Shown piece by piece: positions 49,601 through 57,422 of a stretch of DNA of 64,000 bases. The notes beneath the pieces are model-generated. The model made no database searches. It was not told the DNA's origin and saw only the letters and a list, made by a program, of their open reading frames with translations. Positions within the stretch are counted from its first letter, which is position 1; each line of letters begins with the position of its first letter. The position numbers were made by a program, and so were the translations under genes. The DNA is from Candidatus Poribacteria bacterium (GTDB lineage: Bacteria > Poribacteria > WGA-4E > WGA-3G). The stretch covers positions 2,784,001 through 2,848,000 of the forward strand of contig CAXXLX010000001.1 in NCBI GenBank assembly GCA_963665235.2. The letters run 5' to 3'.

Positions 49601-49782
49601 TCTGCCTTCGTCTTTTCATATTCATATTGATAAAACTGTTGTTGAATCTCTTTCCAAGGTCGACGCGTAATCATTTCGCTCCAAAACCCCCATACGGTTA
49701 CCAACCCCAGCAATCCGGAGAGAATAAAGAACAGCGCGGAATACGATTTACTTTCAGCGGGAATTTCTTTTTTGCTCCTCAC
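46636..49782 (-). CDS. Membrane-anchored octaheme cytochrome c of the Rieske/cytochrome b complex
   Basis: CTTCH, CTPCH, CRRCH, CHGCH, CLTCH, CFGCH, CTGCH, CISCH; N-terminal TM and coiled coil. Confidence 0.9.
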   Translation of the reverse strand: MRSKKEIPAESKSYSALFFILSGLLGLVTVWGFWSEMITRRPWKEIQQQFYQYEYEKTKAELEIAMQDLPDIPEAREVDTKELRELEKEVRNKQVTLDEALQERKFRQSESDAINYKYQHSLHEAKEQGSGEQDAKVKKWKKELDALESQIEGELTAAIIEAQATFAEANKALAAFHQENGNPEEALSIYLVAQKYKPADADIQSGISAAQAELATVQANKARHEAVTRLQEKLHDVGGIKRNFLGSLLENPFRKTRSIVQYYLEDFAYTADRCTTCHFAIDKSGYDHAAQETFEIEGDGDNLVVVQLKHPRVKVGSESILIDDFEAETEEYTLAGDGTLTFTDPDVFGVVEIAYETDYASVLRTHSHRDVLLAKHPVDRFGCTPCHGGQGQALTEKAAHALTHAEYWLTPVLGLDEHTGSASEETKGYMESNCRRCHDGVMKLDYGVNPDTNAPEDYAPNLTEGLALFEDLGCHGCHAVEGYSAIDTIGKVGPSLEKVGSKVKDTAWLESWIKKPEAYLPETTMPNFFPADGMSQIVYLKNGGQRTGAVTKTETGYVVRADDGTTYPYAEDAVARVVDEVKSIAAYLAERTDTTLDEASGTYSTSERAIRAGEETVKTVGCLTCHTVGDLGSDFGPALDSVGTKVTPNYLRQWIIDPKAYDPDTAMPSLRLSTREVDNVVAYLMSLQKETLNVVTESVGEVDVAEGEKLVRTYGCFGCHEIPGFENESKVGADLGEFGAKMTEEFDFGDTVAADVEHSWHGWTIGKITNPRRYQTRRIMSRMPVFQVNDAEARALAVLLKSFQPEKYPLNYIYKHAAQPMQVEKQNQIDAGRRLVKKYNCTGCHEIEGEGGDYRDVIIAHEGLDQTTAKQFSPPPLQAEGARVYPEWLFAFLKNPSDIRYGLKVRMPTFGLSDDEATTLVKYFSALDDEPFPYETLESPTPTRADLIVGKQIFDKLQCISCHPAKGEVIPDGSDKAGRPDLSLAKDRLKVDWLIDWMKDPQSFQRGTAMPQAWPLIDGKHMAVEGYADNDAERQIQLVRDYLISLGQ

Positions 49783-49823
49783 GAAACCTTAACCTCCAAG
49801 TCAAAAAATAGACATTACTACTG

Positions 49824-50690
49824 TTAAATGTTGAACCACGGTGATACCCAAATATATTTCACATTAAAGCCTAAGCGGAGAATCATTTTGATAGGTAGGG
49901 CAAGCATCGTCAAAAACAGAAAAGAGACGATGACATATCGGATAAGTCCAAGTTCCTGTAAAAAACGGCTACTTTGCCTGCGCCATACATAGAGAACCGG
50001 CCCAAGAGCATAATACGCGGCTACCACGAAAAATCCGAAAAAGTTCGCCGTCGACGCATCTCTAATTCCAAACAGATAAGACAGGTCCACATTCGTTAGC
50101 GGCACAACAAGGTGCGGATCCCATTTCTGCCACGGCCAAAACAGATTCCACCCAGGGCCCCTAAGAAACGTGCCAACCACCATCAACACAATCCACAGAA
50201 TCAGAAAACCGAAACAGAACACAGCCAGTGCAAACGGACGCTCTTTTATCGTGTAATACCCCTTGCCTTTTTGGTTAATGTCTATATACGGAATAGCAAT
50301 AAGACCAGCGATAATCAACCCAGGAAGCACTACACCAGCAATCCACGGATCGAAATAAACCAGCATCTCCTGCAACGCAAGAAAATACCATGGAGCTTTC
50401 GATGGATTCGGTGTCTTCGCCGGATTGCTCGGCTCTTCAAGCGGGGCATCAATCATTATTGACCAAACCCCAAGCACCAGCATCACGATAATCGCACAGA
50501 TAAATTCGTTCCGACACAAATACGGCCAGACATAAACCTTATCGTTCAGCGCAGCATCCGACGGCACCCCTGCAAGGTCCGTCTGACGTGCCTGCCGATA
50601 CGCAAGCCACATAAAATAAGGTATCAAAAAGAGAATAGCGACAATCGGAACATTATCAGGTTTCGATACTAGAGCTAAAAAATTCTCCAT
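49824..50690 (-). CDS. Cytochrome b C-terminal part (subunit IV / PetD-like)
   Basis: APLEEP.NP..TPNPSKAPWYF..LQE, IPYID. Confidence 0.88.
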   Translation of the reverse strand: MENFLALVSKPDNVPIVAILFLIPYFMWLAYRQARQTDLAGVPSDAALNDKVYVWPYLCRNEFICAIIVMLVLGVWSIMIDAPLEEPSNPAKTPNPSKAPWYFLALQEMLVYFDPWIAGVVLPGLIIAGLIAIPYIDINQKGKGYYTIKERPFALAVFCFGFLILWIVLMVVGTFLRGPGWNLFWPWQKWDPHLVVPLTNVDLSYLFGIRDASTANFFGFFVVAAYYALGPVLYVWRRQSSRFLQELGLIRYVIVSFLFLTMLALPIKMILRLGFNVKYIWVSPWFNI

Positions 50691-50760
50691 ATCTTAATCT
50701 CATCTCCTTCCTAATTCCCTGAAGAGCATAGTTGCACAACGCATTCCAAGACAGGGTGTA

Positions 50761-51531
50761 TTAGAGCGGGCCAGAAATCCCACCATCCTTACGCACACGC
50801 CAAAAATGCAGCGCCATCAGCAGACTCGCCAACAGCGGCACAGCGATACAGTGCAAGATATAGAAGCGTAACAACGTGGACTCTCCGACCATTGTACCCC
50901 CTAACAGCGCAAACCGCACATCGTTTGCCTGCGTAATATCTTGTGGCGCAAACGGGCCCTCATGTCCTAAAACTGGGGTAGCACGTGCCATATTCGTTCC
51001 AACCGTAACCGCCCACAGTGCAAGCTGGTCCCAGGGCAACAGATACCCTGTAAAACTCAGGAAAAATGTCACAAGCAGCAGGATAACACCGACCGCCCAA
51101 TTAAACTCCCGCGGTTTTTTGTAGGAACCTGTCAAAAAAACCCGGAACATGTGAAGCATCACCGAAATAACCATACCGTGCGCTGCCCACCGGTGCATAT
51201 TCCGCAACAGCATCCCAAATGGAATGTCAAACTCAAGATATTGCACATCATGGAAAGCATACTCCGCCGTCGGACGGTAATAGAACATCAGCAGCACACC
51301 CGTCACAGCTGTCACCAAAAACATCAGGAAGGTAATGCCCCCCATACACCAAGTGAACCGGAAGTTCAGCGCATGCCGAGAAACCCGAGGCGGATGCAGA
51401 TGCAACCACACATTCTGTAGAATTTGTAAGGTATACCGGCGCCCTGTATCTTCGTAACCGTGCCGAAAAATAGAACGCCAAATATCGGAATTGGTAATCT
51501 TCTCTTTAAGCCCTTTACGTTCTTCGTTCAT
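50761..51531 (-). CDS. qcrB: Cytochrome b6-like N-terminal part
   Basis: WCMGGIT, TGVLLMFYY.P, MHRWAAH..V..LHM, FTGYLLPWDQ, RFYILH. Confidence 0.93.
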   Translation of the reverse strand: MNEERKGLKEKITNSDIWRSIFRHGYEDTGRRYTLQILQNVWLHLHPPRVSRHALNFRFTWCMGGITFLMFLVTAVTGVLLMFYYRPTAEYAFHDVQYLEFDIPFGMLLRNMHRWAAHGMVISVMLHMFRVFLTGSYKKPREFNWAVGVILLLVTFFLSFTGYLLPWDQLALWAVTVGTNMARATPVLGHEGPFAPQDITQANDVRFALLGGTMVGESTLLRFYILHCIAVPLLASLLMALHFWRVRKDGGISGPL

Positions 51532-51544
51532 TTATATCCCTTCT

Positions 51545-52033
51545 TTAAACTTTCAGAGATGCACCAGGGTCGCCCCATTGCCCTTTTTCACCCAAAAATT
51601 TCACCGATTTATCAATTTCAAGCTGACCATCTTCTGCCAAAGCAATCTTCACCCGCTCAAGAGGCCGAGGGGCCGGCCCCTCATAGTTGATACCGTCACG
51701 GTCAAAACCGCTACCGTGGCATGGACACTTGAACTTATTTTCCGAACCGAGCCAACGCGGGGTGCAACCCAAATGCGTACAGGTTGCTAACAGCGCGTAA
51801 AACTCACCATCTTCACGCCGAACAATCCAAACGCCAAACGGCTCCTTCTTATATTTTTCGCTAACGCTCCCCGGCGGATATTCCCCAGGAAAGCCCGCTT
51901 TAAAGATAGACGACGGTTCAAACAGCACACGCGGGTAGAGGTATCGCACCAGCCCAGGACCGAAACACAATCCCAATGCTGCCGTGAAGTTCCCCCAACC
52001 GAGAAATTTGAAAAATTTACGTCGAGATAACAC
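51545..52033 (-). CDS. qcrA: Rieske iron-sulfur subunit
   Basis: Tat motif SRRKFF, CTHLGC, CPCHGS. Confidence 0.95.
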   Translation of the reverse strand: MLSRRKFFKFLGWGNFTAALGLCFGPGLVRYLYPRVLFEPSSIFKAGFPGEYPPGSVSEKYKKEPFGVWIVRREDGEFYALLATCTHLGCTPRWLGSENKFKCPCHGSGFDRDGINYEGPAPRPLERVKIALAEDGQLEIDKSVKFLGEKGQWGDPGASLKV

Positions 52034-52193
52034 GTCTGCCCCCTAATCTACAAAATCACAATTATTGCTTTAAACTTTGCGTATCAAGTATATCATAAAT
52101 TATAGAATTGTCTAGCATAAATTGCATGTCTAAAAATTACCATATCACGGATATCCGTGAATTTTTCCCTAATTCGATAAACCCCTACTCTCT

Positions 52194-52485
52194 GTAGGAG
52201 CGTGCTGTGCACGCGATATTGTGTAGGTGCGTGCTGTGTTTGTGATACTCTTCTGTCGTGCTGTGCACGCGATATTGTGTAGGTGTGTGCTGTGCACGCG
52301 ATATTGTGTAGGTGTGTGCTGTGTTTGCGATACTCTTCTGTAGGAGCGTGCTGTGCACGCGATATTGTGTAGGTGTGTGCTGTGTTTGCGATACTCTTCT
52401 GTAGGAGCGTGCTGTGCACGCGATATTGTGTAGGTGTGTGCTGTGTTTGCGATTTTCTGTAGGAGCGTGCACAACACGCGATAGA
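52194..52485. repeat. Tandem array of ~10 alternating 29/32-nt GTAG-headed REP-like units
   Basis: A unit GTAGGAGCGTGCTGTGCACGCGATATTGT (hairpin GCGTGC-TGT-GCACGC); B unit GTAGGTGTGTGCTGTGTTTGCGATACTCTTCT. Confidence 0.9.
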
Positions 52486-52674
52486 TATACTATAGTTTGG
52501 ACAATTTCTGTGAGATAGATGCCCGATTTCAAAGCATTTCTGATTTTTCTCACAGTTGCTCACACAAGGGCAAATAGGAGAAAAATAGGATAGGATGTGC
52601 GAAAACGCAGCCCCAGCGGGGCGGAATGTTTATAGCATGTTGGAAACCATTGGAAACCTATGGAAACCGTTGGC

Positions 52675-52756
52675 ATTTAGCAAGAAGGTTGTGATGCTAA
52701 GTATATCTCTGCCGCGCGTCAGAGTCCTCTTCCTCTTGCCAATTGCTTAATTGCCA
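52675..52756. repeat. MITE-like intergenic element, copy 1
   Basis: TTAGCAAGAAGGTTGTGATGCTAAG...GCGCGTCAGAG...CTCTTGCC; homologous to 55720 and (inverted) 57305. Confidence 0.8.
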
Positions 52757-52824
52757 AAGAGATTGTTACGCACCGGACACTCCGCGTTCTCCGCGCCTTC
52801 CGCGATTCAGACAACACACGCGAA

Positions 52825-52900
52825 ATCCAATCTTCCACCCTTCCACCCTTTCCCCCTTCCATTCTCCCAATCTTCCACCCTTCCAATCTTCCACCCTTCC
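52825..52900. repeat. Pyrimidine-rich octamer repeat (CTTCCACC / CTTCCAAT)
   Basis: About 9 degenerate units directly after the PPC gene stop. Confidence 0.75.
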
Positions 52901-52904
52901 GTCA

Positions 52905-55403
52905 TTAACGGATAATCTTCACATTAATAGCCGGACTATCCTGTTGAAACTGTTGACCGTTGATTATCGCTGAAGCGCGGAACCTAACCTGATACGTTTT
53001 CGGCTCCAGAGAACTCAGTGCCTCCAATGGAAACTTCACATCCATCCCATTAACAGGAATCGTAACAGGAGAAACAGTAATACCCTCCGGTATACCTATA
53101 GGCGTAATGGTAACAACATCCGTGAACCCACCCCGCCGTACCACACTCACCGTAAGCGTAGCCGACTTCGTAATCGGTTCACTTTTTGGCGGAGATTCAA
53201 CCTCTTCCTCAGCAGCTGCAGCCGGTGCCGGATTTGCAATAGCGACCGTCTCACCTTCACCTGTTAGCGTAGCATCATCTTTCGCTGCCGAGGCAGCTTC
53301 CTCCTCAGTTTCTGTTTTAGGGAAAACAATACTAAACCGCAAAGGCTCCACCGTTACAATGAAAGGCGCAGCGACAACATTTAGCGGAATAGCAGGAGCC
53401 GCCTCCGTCACATTTTCGCGGTCGACATTTGCTGTACCGGTAACCGAAATATAGGCAGTACCCGGCGTAGGCACAACAGAGAATTGTTCCCGCCGTTCAA
53501 CAGTACCCGCCCGCAGTGAAATCACCGCACTATTTTGCCCCGCTGGAATTGTCGCCTTTCCTCCCGAAATACGGGGCGGAACTCCTTGTGTCGAAAGCGC
53601 AATAGGACCATTAAAACCGGCGCGTCGATTCGCAATAACGTGGAAGCTCATAGATTTATTGTGAACAACCCTTAAATCAACATCAGCAAATGAGAGCGTA
53701 AAGGCAGGTGCCTCCATCACAGTCAACAGAATCCCCTTCGGTGACCCAGTCGATTCTATACGTTGACCCCCAATAGCTCCAACCCCAACGATAGAGAACG
53801 GGTGCAGCCCAAGCGGCGCGTCCGAAGGTGCAGTTATCGTCAACACTGCTTGATTTTGACCGGGGTATAAAATTGTCGGACTGACTATAAATCCTTTCGG
53901 AAGGTCCGGGGAATAGAAGCGAAGCGCACCATTAAACCCATCCAAACGTGCTACAGAAACCGTCGTCATCAGAGTCCCACCTCGACTAATACGCGGGTTA
54001 TCGGCACCCACATTCACCCGAAAACCCGGGTTAAGTGGACGAATCGTCAGTCGATATGGATAATCTCCGCCACCGGCACCGTTTAGGTCACGCACCGAAA
54101 TAGCGTAATCGCCTGCCTCCGGAAATGCAAAACTGAGCCGGGCATCCGTTCCACTAGCATCATCGTTGATACTTAATATCTGTTCTTCAACGCTGCCCTC
54201 GGCTTCCCCTTTTTTATGAGAATAGAGCGTAAGCAACGGATCGAGTTTAGATTGAAAACCGCGCGCCGCAACATCAAAGACAAAACGCGTCCCTTTCTCT
54301 ACCTTGAAAGAAAACCTATCGATATCGCCAGCCTTCTCTATCTTTCCGTTGACAGTTATCGGCGTTCCGATTTTGTTCTCTTTCGTTAGCGCGTTATTCG
54401 GCTCATTCTCAGCTGTTTCGTTAAATTCACCGATAGCGAACGGATGCGGATTAGTCTCAAGGCCACCGGGCGTACTCACCCGTAGCTCCTGACTGCCTAA
54501 TGGCGTTTCAGCACCAATGTCAAGTTGTATTGCATTGACCGAGCCCAAGTTTGCACCTGTCACATTCACGGTCGTAGCGGTACCCCGCTTTGCACCGAGT
54601 GGAAAAATGCTCTGAAGATACGGCAACTCACCGATACTTAACCGATATAGATAATTCCCGCCACCTTGATAGCGAATGTCCCGCAGCTGAAGCGTATACT
54701 CACCCGCTTGTGCCGTTGTGTAGTTAATAAATGAATCTAACCCGTTCCCGAGGCCACTTTCCACAACCTCTGCACCGTTCGGGTCAAGGAGAACGAAGTA
54801 CGAATCCAAAGCGGACCCAATACGTTGCGCGCTTATGTCACAGATAAGCTGTGCCCCTTTTCTTAATTTAAAACGGAACAGATCAGCATCTTCAATGGAG
54901 GAAACCACACCGCTTACGGTAACAGGCAACTCAAGCATTTGTGCCTCATCCATTGTAGAATTCGGCTCCTGTTCCGCTATCTCAGGCAGATTACCGACAA
55001 TGAAATTTTGCGGATTGGAAACACCATTCGGCGTGATGAGCCGCACCTGATGCGTACCGAGCGGTGCATCCGCCGCAATTTGGAACGATACAACCAGACG
55101 CGGGTTGTTCGGAATGTTACCGGAGATGCCTGAACCGTTAAAACGGACAGTCGCCACCGGCGACTTTTTCGTAATTTCCGCGTTAATCCCCGTTTTATTG
55201 AACCAGACCTCTGCTGTCTCACTGATGTTTTTACCATCCAGTATAATTTCAATAGTTTGTCCGCGTTGTGCACCACGCGGCGATATACCTGTCAACTGCG
55301 GTGCAACCTGTGCATGAACTAAACCGACAACCAAAAACAGAATCAAGGTTATCTGACTCAAAAACCATCTTTGTCTTTTATGTTCTAATAATATATCAGG
55401 CAT
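52905..55403 (-). CDS. Planctomycete-type pre-peptidase C-terminal (PPC) domain protein
   Basis: Signal peptide, PRGAQRG, EQEPN/ENEPN, D.D.F.F, DSYF/DPLL repeats; DUF1501 cluster context. Confidence 0.82.
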   Translation of the reverse strand: MPDILLEHKRQRWFLSQITLILFLVVGLVHAQVAPQLTGISPRGAQRGQTIEIILDGKNISETAEVWFNKTGINAEITKKSPVATVRFNGSGISGNIPNNPRLVVSFQIAADAPLGTHQVRLITPNGVSNPQNFIVGNLPEIAEQEPNSTMDEAQMLELPVTVSGVVSSIEDADLFRFKLRKGAQLICDISAQRIGSALDSYFVLLDPNGAEVVESGLGNGLDSFINYTTAQAGEYTLQLRDIRYQGGGNYLYRLSIGELPYLQSIFPLGAKRGTATTVNVTGANLGSVNAIQLDIGAETPLGSQELRVSTPGGLETNPHPFAIGEFNETAENEPNNALTKENKIGTPITVNGKIEKAGDIDRFSFKVEKGTRFVFDVAARGFQSKLDPLLTLYSHKKGEAEGSVEEQILSINDDASGTDARLSFAFPEAGDYAISVRDLNGAGGGDYPYRLTIRPLNPGFRVNVGADNPRISRGGTLMTTVSVARLDGFNGALRFYSPDLPKGFIVSPTILYPGQNQAVLTITAPSDAPLGLHPFSIVGVGAIGGQRIESTGSPKGILLTVMEAPAFTLSFADVDLRVVHNKSMSFHVIANRRAGFNGPIALSTQGVPPRISGGKATIPAGQNSAVISLRAGTVERREQFSVVPTPGTAYISVTGTANVDRENVTEAAPAIPLNVVAAPFIVTVEPLRFSIVFPKTETEEEAASAAKDDATLTGEGETVAIANPAPAAAAEEEVESPPKSEPITKSATLTVSVVRRGGFTDVVTITPIGIPEGITVSPVTIPVNGMDVKFPLEALSSLEPKTYQVRFRASAIINGQQFQQDSPAINVKIIR

Positions 55404-55579
55404 CTCTATTACCTCTTATGAAAATGGGGTGTTTATAACGTGAGTTAAGTGTTCGTAGTAGGGAAACCATTCATTGCCCATCGATACCGAACTATTTATT
55501 TAACGTGAGTTTGAAAAAAAGTTTTCCCCTAGTATGAGGAGCGGGCTGGTTGCCCGAATACTGGGCGAGAAGTCTGCTT

Positions 55580-55704
55580 CTTAGGGACGATATCTTTATA
55601 GAAAGCCGTTTCTGTCCCAGCTCTTAGTCCCGTAGGGACGATATCTTTATAGAAGCACGCAACCGGTCCAGACTTAGCCCCGTAGGGGCGATATCTTTAT
55701 AGAA
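55580..55704. repeat. Three ~50-nt-period REP-like repeats
   Basis: TTAG(T/C)CCCGTAGGG(A/G)CGATATCTTTATAGAA; related single copy at ~52608..52637. Confidence 0.8.
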
Positions 55705-55719
55705 TGTTGGCTTATAGAA

Positions 55720-55803
55720 ATTTAGCAAGAAGGTTGTGATGCTAAGCATATCTCTGCTGCGCGTCAAAACCCTCTTGCCAATCGCCAATCGCCAATCGCC
55801 ATC
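55720..55803. repeat. MITE-like intergenic element, copy 2, with an (AATCGCC)n tail
   Basis: Near-identical to 52675..52756. Confidence 0.8.
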
Positions 55804-57249
55804 CTAGAATATCCCGGTAATCACTTCACCTTTAACCAACTCACGAGGCTGGTCTAAGTGATTCATCACGATAGTGTGCGGGTCAATACCAAGCGTATGA
55901 TAGACCGTCGCCAGAATATCCCGCGGATGCACCGGTTTTTCAAGCGGGGTTGAACCCGTCGCATCAGATTTACCGTAAACCTGACCACCCTTCACACCAG
56001 CACCAGCGATTAGACCGGTATAGCAATACGGCCAGTGGTCCCGACCATCCGGAGCGTTCCCGTTGCCTGACGTGCTGATACCCATACGAGGCGAACGTCC
56101 GAATTCACCGATAGCAAGCACAAGCGTATCCTCTAACATACCGCGCTGAGCTAAATCCTCCAGCAGCGAAGATACCGCACTATCCAACTTCGGACAGTGT
56201 AGATTTTTCAACGGACCGAAATTCGCAGCGTGCGTATCCCATGCCGTCGTATTCGGATTACCGTTCGCAACTGAGGGCCAGTTCACCTGAACAAAACGCG
56301 TACCAGCCTCAACCAATCGGCGAGCGAGCAGCACACTCTGTCCAAATGTGTGCCGACCGTAGCGGTCACGCATCTCATCCGGCTCCTGTGACAAATCAAA
56401 CGCGTTTCGTGCCTTCTGCGACAGGATAAGGTCATACGCCTTCTCATAATGCTCATTCAGCGCATAAGAATCCGCCACCTTGTCAATTTCTGGCATACTT
56501 GCATTAATCGTTTCAAGGAGCGTCTTCCGCCGCTGCAACCGCACCGGGGGCACCTCTGGACGGAGCGTCAAATCGTCAAGTTTCACCTCTTTATTCGGGT
56601 CTTGGAAGAGGAAATACGGGTCATACGCTCTACCGAGGAAACCAGCGTTTCCACCTTTACCGATGATATTACTCTCCTGCATCGGGCGTGGAAGTTGCAC
56701 AGCAGCCAACATCGCTTCGGCTGGCGGCTTGAGCTTCGCAATATGCGCCGCCGCATTCGGATGATCGGCTGGAGACGGCGGATCCAGTTGGCCCGAAGGC
56801 GCAACCTTGTCCGGCGTTTCACCGGTAACCATCTGATACATCGCCGCAGTGTGATTGAAAAGTCCCGCTGGCGTATAACTTACGGAACGGATAAGACACG
56901 CCTTATCCATCTGTTTCGCCAAAAGCGGCATCGTTTCTGATAACTGAATACCCGGAACATTCGTCGGAATCGGGTTAAATTCTCCACGGATATTAGAGGG
57001 TGCATCCGGCTTCGGATCCCAGATGTCAATATGGCTCGGGCCGCCTTGTAAGAAAAGCAGAATAACTGAATTCGCTTTGCCCCAACCACTTACAGCCGGT
57101 GCCACATCAACTGCCGTACTCGCCTTCGCTTGAAGTGACAAGACTTGGGGTAGGCTAATGCCCAGCATCGCCGCGCCCCCCACGCGGAGAAATTCTCGAC
57201 GCGAGAACCCGTCACATAATCTTCCAGGGGCTTGTGGTAATGATAACAT
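55804..57249 (-). CDS. DUF1501 family protein
   Basis: SRREFL (Tat-like), GGPSHIDIWDPKP, LARRLVEAG, WDTH, GEFGRSP, GRDHW. Confidence 0.93.
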   Translation of the reverse strand: MLSLPQAPGRLCDGFSRREFLRVGGAAMLGISLPQVLSLQAKASTAVDVAPAVSGWGKANSVILLFLQGGPSHIDIWDPKPDAPSNIRGEFNPIPTNVPGIQLSETMPLLAKQMDKACLIRSVSYTPAGLFNHTAAMYQMVTGETPDKVAPSGQLDPPSPADHPNAAAHIAKLKPPAEAMLAAVQLPRPMQESNIIGKGGNAGFLGRAYDPYFLFQDPNKEVKLDDLTLRPEVPPVRLQRRKTLLETINASMPEIDKVADSYALNEHYEKAYDLILSQKARNAFDLSQEPDEMRDRYGRHTFGQSVLLARRLVEAGTRFVQVNWPSVANGNPNTTAWDTHAANFGPLKNLHCPKLDSAVSSLLEDLAQRGMLEDTLVLAIGEFGRSPRMGISTSGNGNAPDGRDHWPYCYTGLIAGAGVKGGQVYGKSDATGSTPLEKPVHPRDILATVYHTLGIDPHTIVMNHLDQPRELVKGEVITGIF

Positions 57250-57304
57250 CCTTGTTAATTCCTCCTAAAATAGTGGTAACACGGGCAGATAACGTATCTA
57301 CCTG

Positions 57305-57420
57305 TTGGCAATTGGCTTATGGCTTATAGCAAGAGAAAGAAAACTCTGACGCGCTTCAGATATGTTATTAGAAGCACAAACCTCTTGCTAATTGCTAATC
57401 GCCAATAGCCATTTGCCAAT
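57305..57420. repeat. MITE-like intergenic element, copy 3 (inverted), flanked by heptamer repeats
   Basis: Reverse complement TTAGCAAGAGGTTTGTG...GCGCGTCAGAG...CTCTTGCTA. Confidence 0.72.
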
Positions 57421-57422
57421 AA

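Noticed and set aside
52194-52485. CRISPR array
   Set aside because: Units are contiguous tandem copies with no unique spacers, and there are no cas genes in the window.
52093-52563. Three overlapping minus-strand ORFs (156, 102 and 122 aa)
   Set aside because: All frames are open because of the tandem repeat; no RBS or protein-like composition.
55580-55704. Mini-CRISPR (31-nt palindromic repeat x3)
   Set aside because: Linkers are only ~20 nt and resemble each other, the repeats are degenerate and match REP-like CCCGTAGGG elements, and no cas genes are present.
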